Source of the DNA: Escherichia coli
Lineage (GTDB): Bacteria > Pseudomonadota > Gammaproteobacteria > Enterobacterales > Enterobacteriaceae
Assembly (NCBI RefSeq): GCF_003334765.1
Contig: NZ_QOWT01000008.1
DNA length: 64,000 nt
Direction: 5' to 3' (one strand)
Positions 20,611-33,865 of this stretch are shown in pieces. Each line of letters starts with the position of its first letter. The first letter of the stretch is position 1. The notes below the pieces were generated by a model, which was not told the DNA's origin, made no database searches, and worked only from the letters and a program-made list of their open reading frames with translations. The position numbers were made by a program, and so were the translations under genes.

Positions 20611-22923
20611 ATGCCTCGCTTGTTAACCAAACGCGGCTGCTGGATAACGTTGGCAGCCGCGCCCTTTCTCCTTTTTCTTGCAGCGTGGGGAGCAGATAAA
20701 CTCTGGCCTCTACCGCTGCATGAAGTCAATCCCGCACGAGTGGTCGTGGCGCAGGATGGTACGCCGCTCTGGCGCTTCGCCGATGCTGACGGCATCTGGC
20801 GTTATCCGGTAACAATCGAAGATGTTTCTCCACGTTACCTTGAAGCGCTGATCAATTATGAAGATCGCTGGTTCTGGAAGCATCCGGGGGTGAATCCATT
20901 CTCGGTGGCGCGCGCAGCATGGCAAGATCTCACTTCGGGACGGGTTATTTCCGGTGGCAGCACGCTCACTATGCAGGTTGCTCGTCTGCTTGATCCTCAC
21001 CCCAAAACATTTGGCGGCAAAATTCGCCAGCTCTGGCGCGCGTTGCAACTGGAATGGCATCTGTCTAAGCGTGAAATTCTGACCTTGTATCTTAACCGCG
21101 CTCCGTTTGGCGGTACGTTGCAGGGGATCGGTGCGGCAAGTTGGGCTTATCTCGGAAAATCGCCTGCGAATTTAAGCTATTCCGAGGCGGCAATGCTGGC
21201 GGTTTTGCCGCAAGCGCCCAGCCGTCTTCGCCCGGATCGTTGGCCGGAGCGTGCCGAAGCCGCGCGTAATAAAGTGCTCGAACGGATGGCCGTGCAAGGT
21301 GTGTGGTCCCGTGAGCAGGTAAAAGAGTCAAGGGAAGAACCCATCTGGCTGGCCCCCCGACAAATGCCGCAACTGGCACCGCTGTTTTCGCGCATGATGC
21401 TCGGTAAAAGCAAAAGCGACAAAATCACTACTACGTTGGATGCCGGTCTTCAACGACGTCTGGAAGAACTGGCGCAAAACTGGAAAGGGCGGTTGCCACC
21501 GCGCAGCTCACTGGCGATGATCGTGGTTGATCATACCGATATGCGTGTTCGCGGCTGGGTGGGATCGGTTGATCTCAACGATGATTCACGCTTTGGTCAT
21601 GTTGATATGGTCAATTCGATCCGATCGCCAGGATCAGTGCTCAAACCGTTTGTTTATGGTCTGGCGCTGGATGAAGGCTTGATCCACCCGGCATCACTGC
21701 TGCAAGACGTCCCCCGGCGCACCGGTGATTATCGACCAGGTAACTTTGATAGCGGTTTTCATGGCCCGATCAGCATGAGCGAGGCGCTGGTGCGCTCGCT
21801 GAACTTACCTGCTGTGCAGGTGCTGGAAGCCTATGGACCGAAACGGTTTGCGGCAAAGTTACGCAATGTTGGATTGCCGTTATATTTGCCCAACGGTGCT
21901 GCGCCGAATCTTTCACTCATTCTCGGCGGCGCTGGTGCAAAACTGGAAGATATGGCGGCAGCGTATACCGCGTTTGCTCGCCACGGCAAGGCAGGCAAAT
22001 TGCGCTTACAGCCTGACGATCCGCTGCTTGAACGGCCTTTAATGTCGTCGGGGGCGGCGTGGATCATTCGCCGGATTATGGCTGATGAAGCGCAACCCTT
22101 GCCGGATAGTGCCTTGCCGCGCGTCGCCCCACTGGCATGGAAAACGGGCACCAGCTATGGCTATCGTGACGCCTGGGCGATTGGGGTTAACGCTCGCTAT
22201 GTCATTGGGATCTGGACTGGCAGACCGGACGGCACGCCCGTTGTTGGTCAGTTTGGCTTTGCCAGTGCCGTACCATTGTTGAATCAGGTCAATAATATCT
22301 TACTGTCGCGCAGTGCGAATCTGCCGGAAGACCCGCGCCCGAACTCAGTCACTCGTGGCGTTATCTGCTGGCCGGGCGGACAGTCTTTGCCGGAAGGTGA
22401 CGGTAACTGTCGCCGCCGCCTGGCAACCTGGCTGCTGGACGGGAGTCAGCCGCCAACTCTATTACTGCCGGAGCAGGAAGGCATTAATGGCATTCGTTTC
22501 CCCATCTGGCTGGATGAAAATGGCAAACGTGTTGCCGCTGATTGCCCGCAAGCGCGACAAGAAATGATAAATGTCTGGCCGCTACCGCTGGAACCCTGGC
22601 TGCCCGCATCAGAACGTCGCGCTGTGCGCTTACCACCGGCCTCGACAAGTTGCCCGCCATACGGTCACGATGCCCAGCTCCCGCTGCAGCTGACAGGCGT
22701 TCGCGATGGCGCGATTATTAAACGTTTACCGGGCGCAGCGGAAGCGACTTTGCCGTTGCAATCAAGTGGAGGGGCAGGTGAACGCTGGTGGTTTCTGAAT
22801 GGCGAACCGTTAACTGAACGCGGGCGCAACGTGACCCTGCATTTGACGGATAAAGGTGATTATCAATTGCTGGTGATGGATGACGTGGGGCAAATCGCGA
22901 CAGTGAAATTTGTCATGCAATAG
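20611..22923 (+). CDS. pbpC: penicillin-binding protein 1C (transglycosylase / transpeptidase-like)
   Basis: 770-aa ORF starting immediately after the yfhM stop (taaatg); glycosyltransferase motifs. Confidence 0.9.
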   Translation: MPRLLTKRGCWITLAAAPFLLFLAAWGADKLWPLPLHEVNPARVVVAQDGTPLWRFADADGIWRYPVTIEDVSPRYLEALINYEDRWFWKHPGVNPFSVARAAWQDLTSGRVISGGSTLTMQVARLLDPHPKTFGGKIRQLWRALQLEWHLSKREILTLYLNRAPFGGTLQGIGAASWAYLGKSPANLSYSEAAMLAVLPQAPSRLRPDRWPERAEAARNKVLERMAVQGVWSREQVKESREEPIWLAPRQMPQLAPLFSRMMLGKSKSDKITTTLDAGLQRRLEELAQNWKGRLPPRSSLAMIVVDHTDMRVRGWVGSVDLNDDSRFGHVDMVNSIRSPGSVLKPFVYGLALDEGLIHPASLLQDVPRRTGDYRPGNFDSGFHGPISMSEALVRSLNLPAVQVLEAYGPKRFAAKLRNVGLPLYLPNGAAPNLSLILGGAGAKLEDMAAAYTAFARHGKAGKLRLQPDDPLLERPLMSSGAAWIIRRIMADEAQPLPDSALPRVAPLAWKTGTSYGYRDAWAIGVNARYVIGIWTGRPDGTPVVGQFGFASAVPLLNQVNNILLSRSANLPEDPRPNSVTRGVICWPGGQSLPEGDGNCRRRLATWLLDGSQPPTLLLPEQEGINGIRFPIWLDENGKRVAADCPQARQEMINVWPLPLEPWLPASERRAVRLPPASTSCPPYGHDAQLPLQLTGVRDGAIIKRLPGAAEATLPLQSSGGAGERWWFLNGEPLTERGRNVTLHLTDKGDYQLLVMDDVGQIATVKFVMQ

Positions 22924-23071
22924 TCTGTTTTGTCCCTGATTGTTGCTAAAACTCATTTTATTTAAAAAAAATGTTACCTTCATCAATAGTCAACGGCCCT
23001 GTTGCTCATTATAATCCGCGCCATCTCGTACGCTGGTACAGACAACAACAGAACAATTTACAGAGGTAAAA

Positions 23072-23503
23072 ATGGCTATTGAACGTACTTTTTCCATCAT
23101 CAAACCGAACGCGGTAGCAAAAAACGTCATTGGTAATATCTTTGCGCGCTTTGAAGCTGCAGGGTTCAAAATTGTTGGCACCAAAATGCTGCACCTGACC
23201 GTTGAACAGGCACGTGGCTTTTATGCTGAACACGATGGAAAACCGTTCTTTGATGGTCTGGTTGAATTCATGACCTCTGGCCCGATCGTGGTTTCCGTGC
23301 TGGAAGGTGAAAACGCCGTTCAGCGTCACCGCGATCTGCTGGGCGCGACCAATCCGGCAAACGCACTGGCTGGTACTCTGCGCGCTGATTACGCTGACAG
23401 CCTGACCGAAAACGGTACCCACGGTTCTGATTCCGTCGAATCTGCCGCTCGCGAAATCGCTTATTTCTTTGGCGAAGGCGAAGTGTGCCCGCGCACCCGT
23501 TAA
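23072..23503 (+). CDS. ndk: nucleoside diphosphate kinase
   Basis: 143-aa ORF with NGTHGSDS active-site His motif. Confidence 0.95.
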
Positions 23504-23562
23504 TAATTTCGTAAATGCCGCGTGCAAACGTGGCATCCGTGCGCCAGAATTTGTACAATGCA

Positions 23563-23606
23563 GCGCCCCCGGACGAGCAGCCGCTCACCGGGGCGTTTCT
23601 TTTTTC
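23563..23606 (+). terminator. intrinsic terminator downstream of ndk
   Basis: gcgcccccggacgagcagccgctcaccggggcg followed by tttcttttttc. Confidence 0.5.
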
Positions 23607-23652
23607 AACCCTCCAGGGGCCATAACGTGTAATAACGAGGCCGGAATAGCAT

Positions 23653-24807
23653 ATGTCTGAACAATTAGTCACACCTGAAAACGTCACCACGAAAGATGGA
23701 AAAATCAACCTGCTGGATCTCAACCGTCAGCAGATGCGGGAGTTTTTTAAAGATTTAGGTGAAAAACCCTTCCGCGCCGATCAGGTGATGAAGTGGATGT
23801 ATCACTATTGCTGCGACAACTTTGATGAGATGACCGACATCAACAAAGTGTTGCGCGGCAAACTGAAAGAGGTGGCGGAAATCCGCGCACCGGAAGTGGT
23901 TGAAGAACAGCGTTCATCTGACGGCACCATTAAATGGGCGATCGCCGTTGGCGATCAGCGCGTCGAAACGGTGTATATCCCGGAAGACGACCGTGCCACG
24001 CTCTGCGTCTCTTCGCAGGTGGGGTGTGCGCTGGAGTGTAAATTCTGTTCCACCGCCCAGCAGGGCTTTAACCGCAACCTGCGGGTGTCGGAAATTATCG
24101 GCCAGGTGTGGCGTGCGGCGAAAATCGTCGGCGCAGCAAAAGTCACCGGTCAGCGTCCGATCACTAACGTAGTGATGATGGGCATGGGCGAGCCGCTGCT
24201 CAACCTGAACAACGTCGTTCCGGCGATGGAAATCATGCTTGATGATTTCGGTTTTGGCCTGTCTAAACGTCGCGTCACGCTTTCCACTTCCGGTGTAGTT
24301 CCGGCGCTGGATAAACTGGGCGATATGATCGACGTTGCACTGGCAATTTCCCTGCACGCGCCGAACGACGAAATTCGTGACGAAATTGTGCCGATCAACA
24401 AAAAGTACAATATCGAAACGTTCCTTGCTGCGGTGCGCCGTTATCTGGAGAAATCCAACGCCAATCAGGGCCGAGTCACTATTGAATACGTGATGCTTGA
24501 CCACGTTAACGACGGCACTGAACACGCGCACCAACTGGCGGAACTGCTGAAAGATACGCCGTGTAAGATCAACCTGATCCCGTGGAACCCGTTCCCGGGT
24601 GCGCCGTATGGACGCAGCTCGAACAGCCGTATCGACCGTTTCTCAAAAGTGCTGATGAGCTACGGTTTCACCACTATTGTGCGTAAAACTCGTGGTGATG
24701 ATATCGATGCTGCCTGTGGTCAGTTGGCGGGCGATGTTATCGACCGTACGAAACGTACCCTGCGTAAACGGATGCAGGGTGAAGCCATCGACATTAAAGC
24801 GGTCTGA
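23653..24807 (+). CDS. rlmN: 23S rRNA m2A2503 / tRNA m2A37 methyltransferase (radical SAM)
   Basis: 384-aa ORF with [11 protein letters not shown] radical-SAM motif. Confidence 0.95.
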
Positions 24808-25091
24808 TAGCCATTACGCCACGGTTACTTTATGTACCGTGGCGTAATGTTTTATGAATGAAGTATTAAGTTGCAATTGTCTGGTCAATATTAACGGTGC
24901 GTTTTTGCTGACTTTAAGGCAGTATGTAACGATGCAACAGTAAGTTAGCCTTAGTGAATGTGGGCTTTGTCACGAGCACACAGACGGTCTTATACTGTAT
25001 GATAACGGTTAACTTAACGGATGTTTCGCGGTGTGGGTGAGCATGATGGTTCACCGGCATCTCAATTCTCATTTAAACGTACCTGCAGCGA

Positions 25092-26105
25092 ATGAATACT
25101 GAAGCCACGCACGACCAAAATGAAGCACTTACTACCGGCGCTCGCCTGCGTAATGCTCGCGAACAACTAGGACTTAGTCAGCAGGCCGTTGCCGAGCGAC
25201 TTTGCCTGAAGGTTTCCACGGTACGCGACATTGAAGAAGATAAGGCACCCGCCGATCTTGCTTCAACATTCCTGCGCGGATATATCCGCTCTTATGCGCG
25301 TCTGGTACATATTCCAGAAGAAGAACTGCTGCCAGGGCTGGAAAAGCAGGCTCCACTTCGGGCTGCAAAAGTTGCGCCGATGCAGAGTTTTTCCCTCGGT
25401 AAACGCCGCAAAAAACGCGACGGCTGGCTGATGACCTTCACTTGGCTGGTGTTGTTTGTGGTTATCGGCCTGAGCGGTGCCTGGTGGTGGCAAGACCACA
25501 AAGCTCAGCAGGAAGAGATCACCACTATGGCCGATCAATCTTCGGCGGAACTGAGCAGTAATAGCGAGCAGGGGCAGAGTGTTCCATTAAATACGTCGAC
25601 AACTACAGACCCGGCTACAACGTCCACGCCGCCAGCGTCTGTGGATACTACCGCAACCAACACGCAAACACCTGCCGTAACTGCGCCAGCACCAGCTGTT
25701 GATCCGCAACAGAATGCGGTTGTTTCGCCTTCGCAGGCAAATGTTGATACCGCCGCGACCCCGGCACCAACGGCAGCAACAACGCCAGATGGTGCTGCGC
25801 CGTTGCCAACCGATCAGGCTGGCGTGACCACGCCGGTGGCTGATCCGAATGCGCTGGTGATGAACTTTACTGCCGATTGCTGGCTGGAGGTCACTGATGC
25901 TACCGGTAAAAAATTGTTTAGCGGTATGCAGCGTAAAGACGGTAATTTGAACTTAACCGGCCAGGCACCGTACAAACTGAAAATTGGTGCGCCAGCCGCA
26001 GTACAGATCCAGTATCAAGGGAAACCTGTCGATCTGAGTCGTTTTATCAGAACTAACCAGGTTGCGCGTCTGACCCTCAATGCCGAACAATCACCGGCGC
26101 AGTAA
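25092..26105 (+). CDS. rodZ: cytoskeleton protein RodZ
   Basis: 337-aa ORF: N-terminal HTH, single TM segment, Pro/Thr/Ala-rich linker. Confidence 0.9.
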   Translation: MNTEATHDQNEALTTGARLRNAREQLGLSQQAVAERLCLKVSTVRDIEEDKAPADLASTFLRGYIRSYARLVHIPEEELLPGLEKQAPLRAAKVAPMQSFSLGKRRKKRDGWLMTFTWLVLFVVIGLSGAWWWQDHKAQQEEITTMADQSSAELSSNSEQGQSVPLNTSTTTDPATTSTPPASVDTTATNTQTPAVTAPAPAVDPQQNAVVSPSQANVDTAATPAPTAATTPDGAAPLPTDQAGVTTPVADPNALVMNFTADCWLEVTDATGKKLFSGMQRKDGNLNLTGQAPYKLKIGAPAAVQIQYQGKPVDLSRFIRTNQVARLTLNAEQSPAQ

Positions 26106-26131
26106 CAGACGGGTAACGCGGGAGATTTTTC

Positions 26132-27250
26132 ATGCATAACCAGGCTCCAATTCAACGTAGAAAATCAACACGTATTTACGTTGGGAATGTGCCGATTGGC
26201 GATGGTGCTCCCATCGCCGTACAGTCCATGACCAATACGCGTACGACAGACGTCGAAGCAACGGTCAATCAAATCAAGGCGCTGGAACGCGTTGGCGCTG
26301 ATATCGTCCGTGTATCCGTACCGACGATGGACGCGGCAGAAGCGTTCAAACTCATCAAACAGCAGGTTAACGTGCCGCTGGTGGCTGACATCCACTTCGA
26401 CTATCGCATTGCGCTGAAAGTAGCGGAATACGGCGTCGATTGTCTGCGTATTAACCCTGGCAATATCGGTAATGAAGAGCGTATTCGCATGGTGGTTGAC
26501 TGTGCGCGCGATAAAAACATTCCGATCCGTATTGGCGTTAACGCCGGATCGCTGGAAAAAGATCTGCAAGAAAAGTATGGCGAACCGACGCCGCAGGCGT
26601 TGCTGGAATCTGCCATGCGTCATGTTGATCATCTCGATCGCCTGAACTTCGATCAGTTCAAAGTCAGCGTGAAAGCGTCTGACGTCTTCCTCGCTGTTGA
26701 GTCTTATCGTTTGCTGGCAAAACAGATCGATCAGCCGTTGCATCTGGGGATCACCGAAGCCGGTGGTGCGCGCAGCGGGGCAGTAAAATCCGCCATTGGT
26801 TTAGGTCTGCTGCTGTCTGAAGGCATCGGCGACACGCTGCGCGTATCGCTGGCGGCCGATCCGGTCGAAGAGATCAAAGTCGGTTTCGATATTTTGAAAT
26901 CGCTGCGTATCCGTTCGCGAGGGATCAACTTCATCGCCTGCCCGACCTGTTCGCGTCAGGAATTTGATGTTATCGGTACGGTTAACGCGCTGGAGCAACG
27001 CCTGGAAGATATCATCACTCCGATGGACGTTTCGATTATCGGCTGCGTGGTGAATGGCCCAGGTGAGGCGCTGGTTTCTACACTCGGCGTCACCGGCGGC
27101 AACAAGAAAAGCGGCCTCTATGAAGATGGCGTGCGCAAAGACCGTCTGGACAACAACGATATGATCGACCAGCTGGAAGCACGCATTCGTGCGAAAGCCA
27201 GTCAGCTGGACGAAGCGCGTCGAATTGACGTTCAGCAGGTTGAAAAATAA
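26132..27250 (+). CDS. ispG: 4-hydroxy-3-methylbut-2-en-1-yl diphosphate synthase
   Basis: 372-aa ORF with C-terminal Fe-S Cys motifs ([16 protein letters not shown]). Confidence 0.95.
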
Positions 27251-27252
27251 TA

Positions 27253-27345
27253 ACGTGATGGGAAGCGCCTCGCTTCCCGTGTATGATTGAACCCGCATGG
27301 CTCCCGAAACATTGAGGGAAGCGTTGAGGGTTCATTTTTATATTC
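27253..27345 (+). ncRNA. sroE: possible SroE-like 3'-UTR-derived small RNA between ispG and hisS
   Basis: 110-bp intergenic region; my recollection that an ~90-nt sRNA maps between gcpE(ispG) and hisS; boundaries approximate. Confidence 0.3.
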
Positions 27346-27360
27346 AGAAAGAGAATAAAC

Positions 27361-28635
27361 GTGGCAAAAAACATTCAAGCCATTCGCGGCATGAACGATT
27401 ACCTGCCTGGCGAAACGGCCATCTGGCAGCGCATTGAAGGCACACTGAAAAACGTGCTCGGCAGCTACGGTTACAGTGAAATCCGCTTGCCGATTGTAGA
27501 GCAGACCCCGCTATTCAAACGTGCGATTGGTGAAGTCACCGACGTGGTTGAAAAAGAGATGTACACCTTTGAGGATCGCAATGGCGACAGCCTGACTCTG
27601 CGCCCTGAAGGGACGGCGGGCTGTGTACGCGCCGGCATCGAGCATGGTCTTCTGTACAATCAGGAACAGCGTCTGTGGTATATCGGGCCGATGTTCCGTC
27701 ACGAGCGTCCGCAGAAAGGGCGTTATCGTCAGTTCCATCAGTTGGGCTGCGAAGTTTTCGGTCTGCAAGGTCCGGATATCGACGCTGAACTGATTATGCT
27801 CACTGCCCGCTGGTGGCGCGCGCTGGGTATTTCCGAGCACGTAACTCTTGAGCTGAACTCTATCGGTTCGCTGGAAGCACGCGCCAATTACCGCGATGCG
27901 CTGGTGGCATTCCTTGAGCAGCATAAAGAAAAGCTGGACGAAGACTGCAAACGCCGCATGTACACTAACCCGCTGCGCGTGCTGGATTCAAAAAATCCGG
28001 AAGTGCAGGCGCTTCTCAACGACGCTCCGGCATTAGGTGACTATCTGGACGAGGAATCTCGTGAGCATTTTGCCGGTCTGTGCAAACTGCTGGAGAGCGC
28101 GGGGATCGCTTACACCGTAAACCAGCGTCTGGTGCGTGGTCTGGATTACTACAACCGTACCGTTTTCGAGTGGGTGACTAACAGTCTCGGCTCCCAGGGC
28201 ACCGTGTGTGCAGGCGGTCGTTATGACGGTCTTGTGGAACAACTGGGCGGTCGTGCAACACCGGCTGTCGGTTTTGCGATGGGCCTCGAACGTCTTGTAT
28301 TGTTAGTACAGGCCGTTAATCCGGAATTTAAAGCCGATCCTGTTGTCGATATATACCTGGTGGCTTCAGGTGCTGATACACAATCTGCGGCTATGGCATT
28401 AGCTGAGCGTCTGCGTGATGAATTACCGGGCGTGAAATTGATGACCAACCACGGCGGCGGCAACTTTAAGAAACAGTTTGCCCGTGCTGATAAATGGGGT
28501 GCCCGCGTTGCTGTGGTGCTGGGTGAGTCTGAAGTGGCTAACGGCACAGCAGTAGTGAAGGATTTGCGCTCTGGTGAGCAAACGGCAGTTGCGCAGGATA
28601 GCGTAGCCGCGCATTTGCGCACGTTACTGGGTTAA
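27361..28635 (+). CDS. hisS: histidine--tRNA ligase
   Basis: 424-aa ORF with GTG start; class II aaRS motifs. Confidence 0.95.
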
Positions 28636-28652
28636 GGAAGGAGAAGGACAGC

Positions 28653-29273
28653 GTGGAAATTTACGAGAACGAAAACGACCAGGTAGAAGCGGTTAAACGC
28701 TTTTTTGCTGAAAATGGCAAAGCACTGGCTGTTGGGGTGATTTTGGGCGTTGGCGCACTGATTGGCTGGCGCTACTGGAACAGCCATCAGGTTGATTCTG
28801 CACGCTCCGCTTCTCTTGCCTATCAAAATGCGGTTACCGCAGTGAGCGAAGGCAAACCGGATAGCATCCCGGCGGCGGAAAAATTTGCTGCTGAAAATAA
28901 AAATACTTATGGTGCGCTGGCTTCTTTGGAACTTGCGCAGCAATTTGTTGACAAAAATGAACTAGAGAAAGCTGCCGCCCAGTTACAACAGGGGCTGGCA
29001 GACACGAGCGATGAAAATCTCAAAGCCGTGATAAATCTGCGTCTTGCTCGCGTTCAGGTACAGCTCAAGCAGGCTGATGCCGCGCTGAAAACCCTTGATA
29101 CCATCAAAGGTGAAGGGTGGGCTGCCATTGTTGCCGACCTGCGTGGTGAAGCATTGCTGAGCAAAGGTGATAAGCAAGGTGCGCGTAGTGCATGGGAAGC
29201 AGGCGTGAAAAGCGATGTTACTCCGGCACTGAGCGAAATGATGCAGATGAAAATTAATAATTTGTCCATCTGA
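28653..29273 (+). CDS. yfgM: membrane-anchored TPR-like protein YfgM
   Basis: 206-aa ORF, GTG start, N-terminal TM segment. Confidence 0.85.
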   Translation: MEIYENENDQVEAVKRFFAENGKALAVGVILGVGALIGWRYWNSHQVDSARSASLAYQNAVTAVSEGKPDSIPAAEKFAAENKNTYGALASLELAQQFVDKNELEKAAAQLQQGLADTSDENLKAVINLRLARVQVQLKQADAALKTLDTIKGEGWAAIVADLRGEALLSKGDKQGARSAWEAGVKSDVTPALSEMMQMKINNLSI

Positions 29274-29283
29274 GAGGGACCCG

Positions 29284-30462
29284 ATGCAATTGCGTAAATT
29301 ACTGCTGCCAGGACTGCTTTCCGTTACCCTTTTAAGCGGCTGTTCGCTGTTTAACAGCGAAGAAGATGTGGTAAAGATGTCCCCATTGCCAACCGTTGAA
29401 AACCAGTTTACGCCGACCACGGCGTGGAGCACTTCCGTTGGTAGCGGCATTGGCAACTTCTATTCCAATCTTCATCCGGCACTGGCGGACAACGTTGTCT
29501 ATGCAGCGGACCGCGCTGGTTTAGTAAAAGCGCTGAATGCGGATGATGGCAAAGAAATCTGGTCTGTCAGCCTGGCCGAGAAAGATGGCTGGTTCTCTAA
29601 AGAGCCTGCATTACTTTCTGGCGGTGTGACCGTGTCTGGTGGGCATGTCTACATTGGCAGCGAAAAGGCGCAGGTTTACGCGCTGAATACCAGCGATGGT
29701 ACTGTGGCATGGCAAACTAAAGTCGCGGGTGAAGCACTTTCGCGCCCGGTGGTCAGCGACGGTCTGGTGTTAATCCACACCAGTAACGGTCAGTTACAAG
29801 CGCTGAACGAAGCTGACGGCGCTGTCAAATGGACAGTTAACCTCGATATGCCTTCGCTCTCTTTGCGTGGCGAGTCTGCGCCGGCAACGGCTTTTGGTGC
29901 GGCCGTCGTGGGGGGCGATAATGGTCGCGTCAGCGCAGTGCTGATGGAACAGGGCCAGATGATTTGGCAGCAGCGTATTTCCCAGGCGACCGGTTCTACC
30001 GAAATTGACCGTCTGAGCGATGTTGACACGACTCCCGTCGTTGTTAACGGCGTTGTTTTCGCGCTGGCCTATAATGGTAACCTGACGGCGCTTGATCTGC
30101 GCAGTGGTCAGATTATGTGGAAACGCGAACTGGGTTCGGTGAATGATTTCATCGTCGACGGCAATCGCATCTATCTGGTCGATCAAAATGACCGGGTGAT
30201 GGCGTTGACCATTGATGGCGGCGTTACGCTGTGGACACAAAGCGATCTGCTGCATCGCCTGCTGACTTCTCCGGTGCTGTATAATGGCAACCTGGTGGTC
30301 GGTGACAGTGAAGGTTATCTGCACTGGATTAACGTCGAAGATGGTCGTTTCGTTGCCCAGCAAAAAGTTGATAGTTCCGGTTTCCAGACTGAACCGGTTG
30401 CCGCTGACGGCAAACTGCTGATCCAGGCAAAAGACGGAACCGTGTACTCTATTACACGTTAA
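29284..30462 (+). CDS. bamB: outer membrane protein assembly factor BamB (PQQ beta-propeller lipoprotein)
   Basis: 392-aa ORF with lipoprotein signal (LLSGCSLF). Confidence 0.9.
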   Translation: MQLRKLLLPGLLSVTLLSGCSLFNSEEDVVKMSPLPTVENQFTPTTAWSTSVGSGIGNFYSNLHPALADNVVYAADRAGLVKALNADDGKEIWSVSLAEKDGWFSKEPALLSGGVTVSGGHVYIGSEKAQVYALNTSDGTVAWQTKVAGEALSRPVVSDGLVLIHTSNGQLQALNEADGAVKWTVNLDMPSLSLRGESAPATAFGAAVVGGDNGRVSAVLMEQGQMIWQQRISQATGSTEIDRLSDVDTTPVVVNGVVFALAYNGNLTALDLRSGQIMWKRELGSVNDFIVDGNRIYLVDQNDRVMALTIDGGVTLWTQSDLLHRLLTSPVLYNGNLVVGDSEGYLHWINVEDGRFVAQQKVDSSGFQTEPVAADGKLLIQAKDGTVYSITR

Positions 30463-30579
30463 TCGTCTCTGTCGTTCACTTTGAAAACGGCTCCTGGACA
30501 GGGGCCGTTTTCCTGTTTTTAACAACGACGCGAATATAGCGTGCGTTGTCTGATGATTTATAAAAATGAGGCTTTAAAC

Positions 30580-32052
30580 ATGGTACCTGTGGTCGCGCTT
30601 GTCGGGCGCCCTAACGTAGGAAAATCCACGTTATTTAACCGTCTAACTCGCACCCGAGATGCGCTGGTTGCGGATTTCCCGGGTCTGACTCGTGACCGTA
30701 AGTACGGTCGTGCGGAAATTGAAGGCCGTGAGTTTATCTGTATTGATACCGGCGGGATTGATGGCACAGAAGACGGTGTAGAAACCCGCATGGCGGAACA
30801 GTCGCTGCTGGCGATTGAAGAAGCGGACGTCGTACTGTTTATGGTGGATGCGCGCGCGGGCCTGATGCCGGCAGATGAAGCGATTGCCAAACATCTGCGC
30901 TCCCGTGAAAAACCGACCTTCCTGGTGGCAAACAAAACTGACGGTCTGGATCCCGATCAGGCAGTGGTTGATTTCTACTCGCTTGGTTTAGGTGAAATCT
31001 ACCCGATCGCCGCGTCTCACGGTCGTGGCGTATTAAGTCTGCTGGAGCATGTGCTGCTGCCGTGGATGGAAGATCTCGCACCGCAAGAGGAAGTCGACGA
31101 AGACGCTGAATACTGGGCGCAATTTGAAGCGGAAGAGAACGGCGAAGAAGAAGAGGAAGACGACTTCGACCCGCAAAGTCTGCCGATCAAACTGGCGATT
31201 GTGGGTCGTCCGAACGTAGGTAAGTCTACACTCACTAACCGTATTCTTGGTGAAGAGCGCGTTGTTGTTTACGACATGCCTGGCACGACGCGTGACAGCA
31301 TCTACATCCCAATGGAACGCGATGGACGTGAGTATGTGCTCATTGACACCGCTGGCGTACGTAAACGCGGCAAAATCACCGATGCTGTAGAGAAATTCTC
31401 CGTAATCAAAACGTTGCAGGCCATTGAAGACGCCAACGTGGTGATGTTAGTGATTGATGCGCGCGAAGGTATTTCCGATCAGGATCTCTCGCTGCTGGGC
31501 TTTATTCTCAATAGTGGGCGCTCACTTGTCATTGTGGTGAATAAGTGGGATGGCCTGAGTCAGGAAGTGAAAGAGCAGGTGAAAGAAACGCTGGACTTCC
31601 GTCTGGGCTTTATCGATTTTGCTCGTGTGCACTTTATCTCTGCCTTGCACGGCAGTGGTGTTGGTAACTTGTTTGAATCAGTACGTGAAGCGTATGACAG
31701 CTCCACCCGTCGTGTGGGGACCTCTATGCTGACGCGCATCATGACGATGGCTGTTGAAGATCACCAACCGCCGCTGGTACGCGGTCGTCGTGTGAAGCTG
31801 AAATATGCCCACGCCGGTGGTTATAACCCGCCGATTGTGGTGATTCACGGTAATCAGGTGAAAGACCTGCCTGATTCCTACAAGCGCTACTTGATGAACT
31901 ACTTCCGCAAATCGCTGGACGTAATGGGATCGCCGATTCGTATTCAGTTCAAAGAAGGGGAAAACCCGTATGCGAATAAGCGTAACACCCTGACGCCAAC
32001 CCAGATGCGTAAACGTAAGCGTCTGATGAAGCACATCAAGAAAAATAAATAA
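30580..32052 (+). CDS. der: ribosome-associated GTPase Der (EngA), tandem GTPase domains
   Basis: ORF track 30541..32052; start at [16 protein letters not shown] (490 aa); two G1 motifs GRPNVGKST. Confidence 0.9.
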
Positions 32053-32121
32053 TTATCCGTAAGTATTTTATCTGCCATTCCCTCTATGAATGTAGAGGGA
32101 ATGGCTACCGGAGGAATTCAT

Positions 32122-33734
<1,613 letters not shown>

Positions 33735-33759
33735 TTATTCAGTCGATAGTAACCCGCCC

Positions 33760-33835
33760 TTCGGGGATAGCAAGCATTTTTTGCAAAAAGGGGTAGATGC
33801 AATCGGTTACGCTCTGTATAATGCCGCGGCAATAT
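33760..33835 (+). promoter_or_regulatory. guaBA promoter region (tataat at 33817-33822, GC-rich discriminator gccgcgg)
   Basis: consensus -10 hexamer ~45 nt upstream of guaB ATG; atgcaatcggttacgc resembles a PurR-type operator half-palindrome. Confidence 0.4.
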
Positions 33836-33865
33836 TTATTAACCACTCTGGTCGAGATATTGCCC

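Noticed and set aside
25560-25860. Low-complexity Pro/Thr/Ala-rich coding repeat in rodZ, considered as a possible variable-number repeat or inserted element
   Set aside because: It is in frame within rodZ and matches the expected disordered periplasmic linker; total protein length is as expected.
31080-31200. Acidic Glu/Asp-rich stretch ([28 protein letters not shown]) in der
   Set aside because: In-frame linker between the two GTPase domains; the protein has the expected length, so not an insertion.
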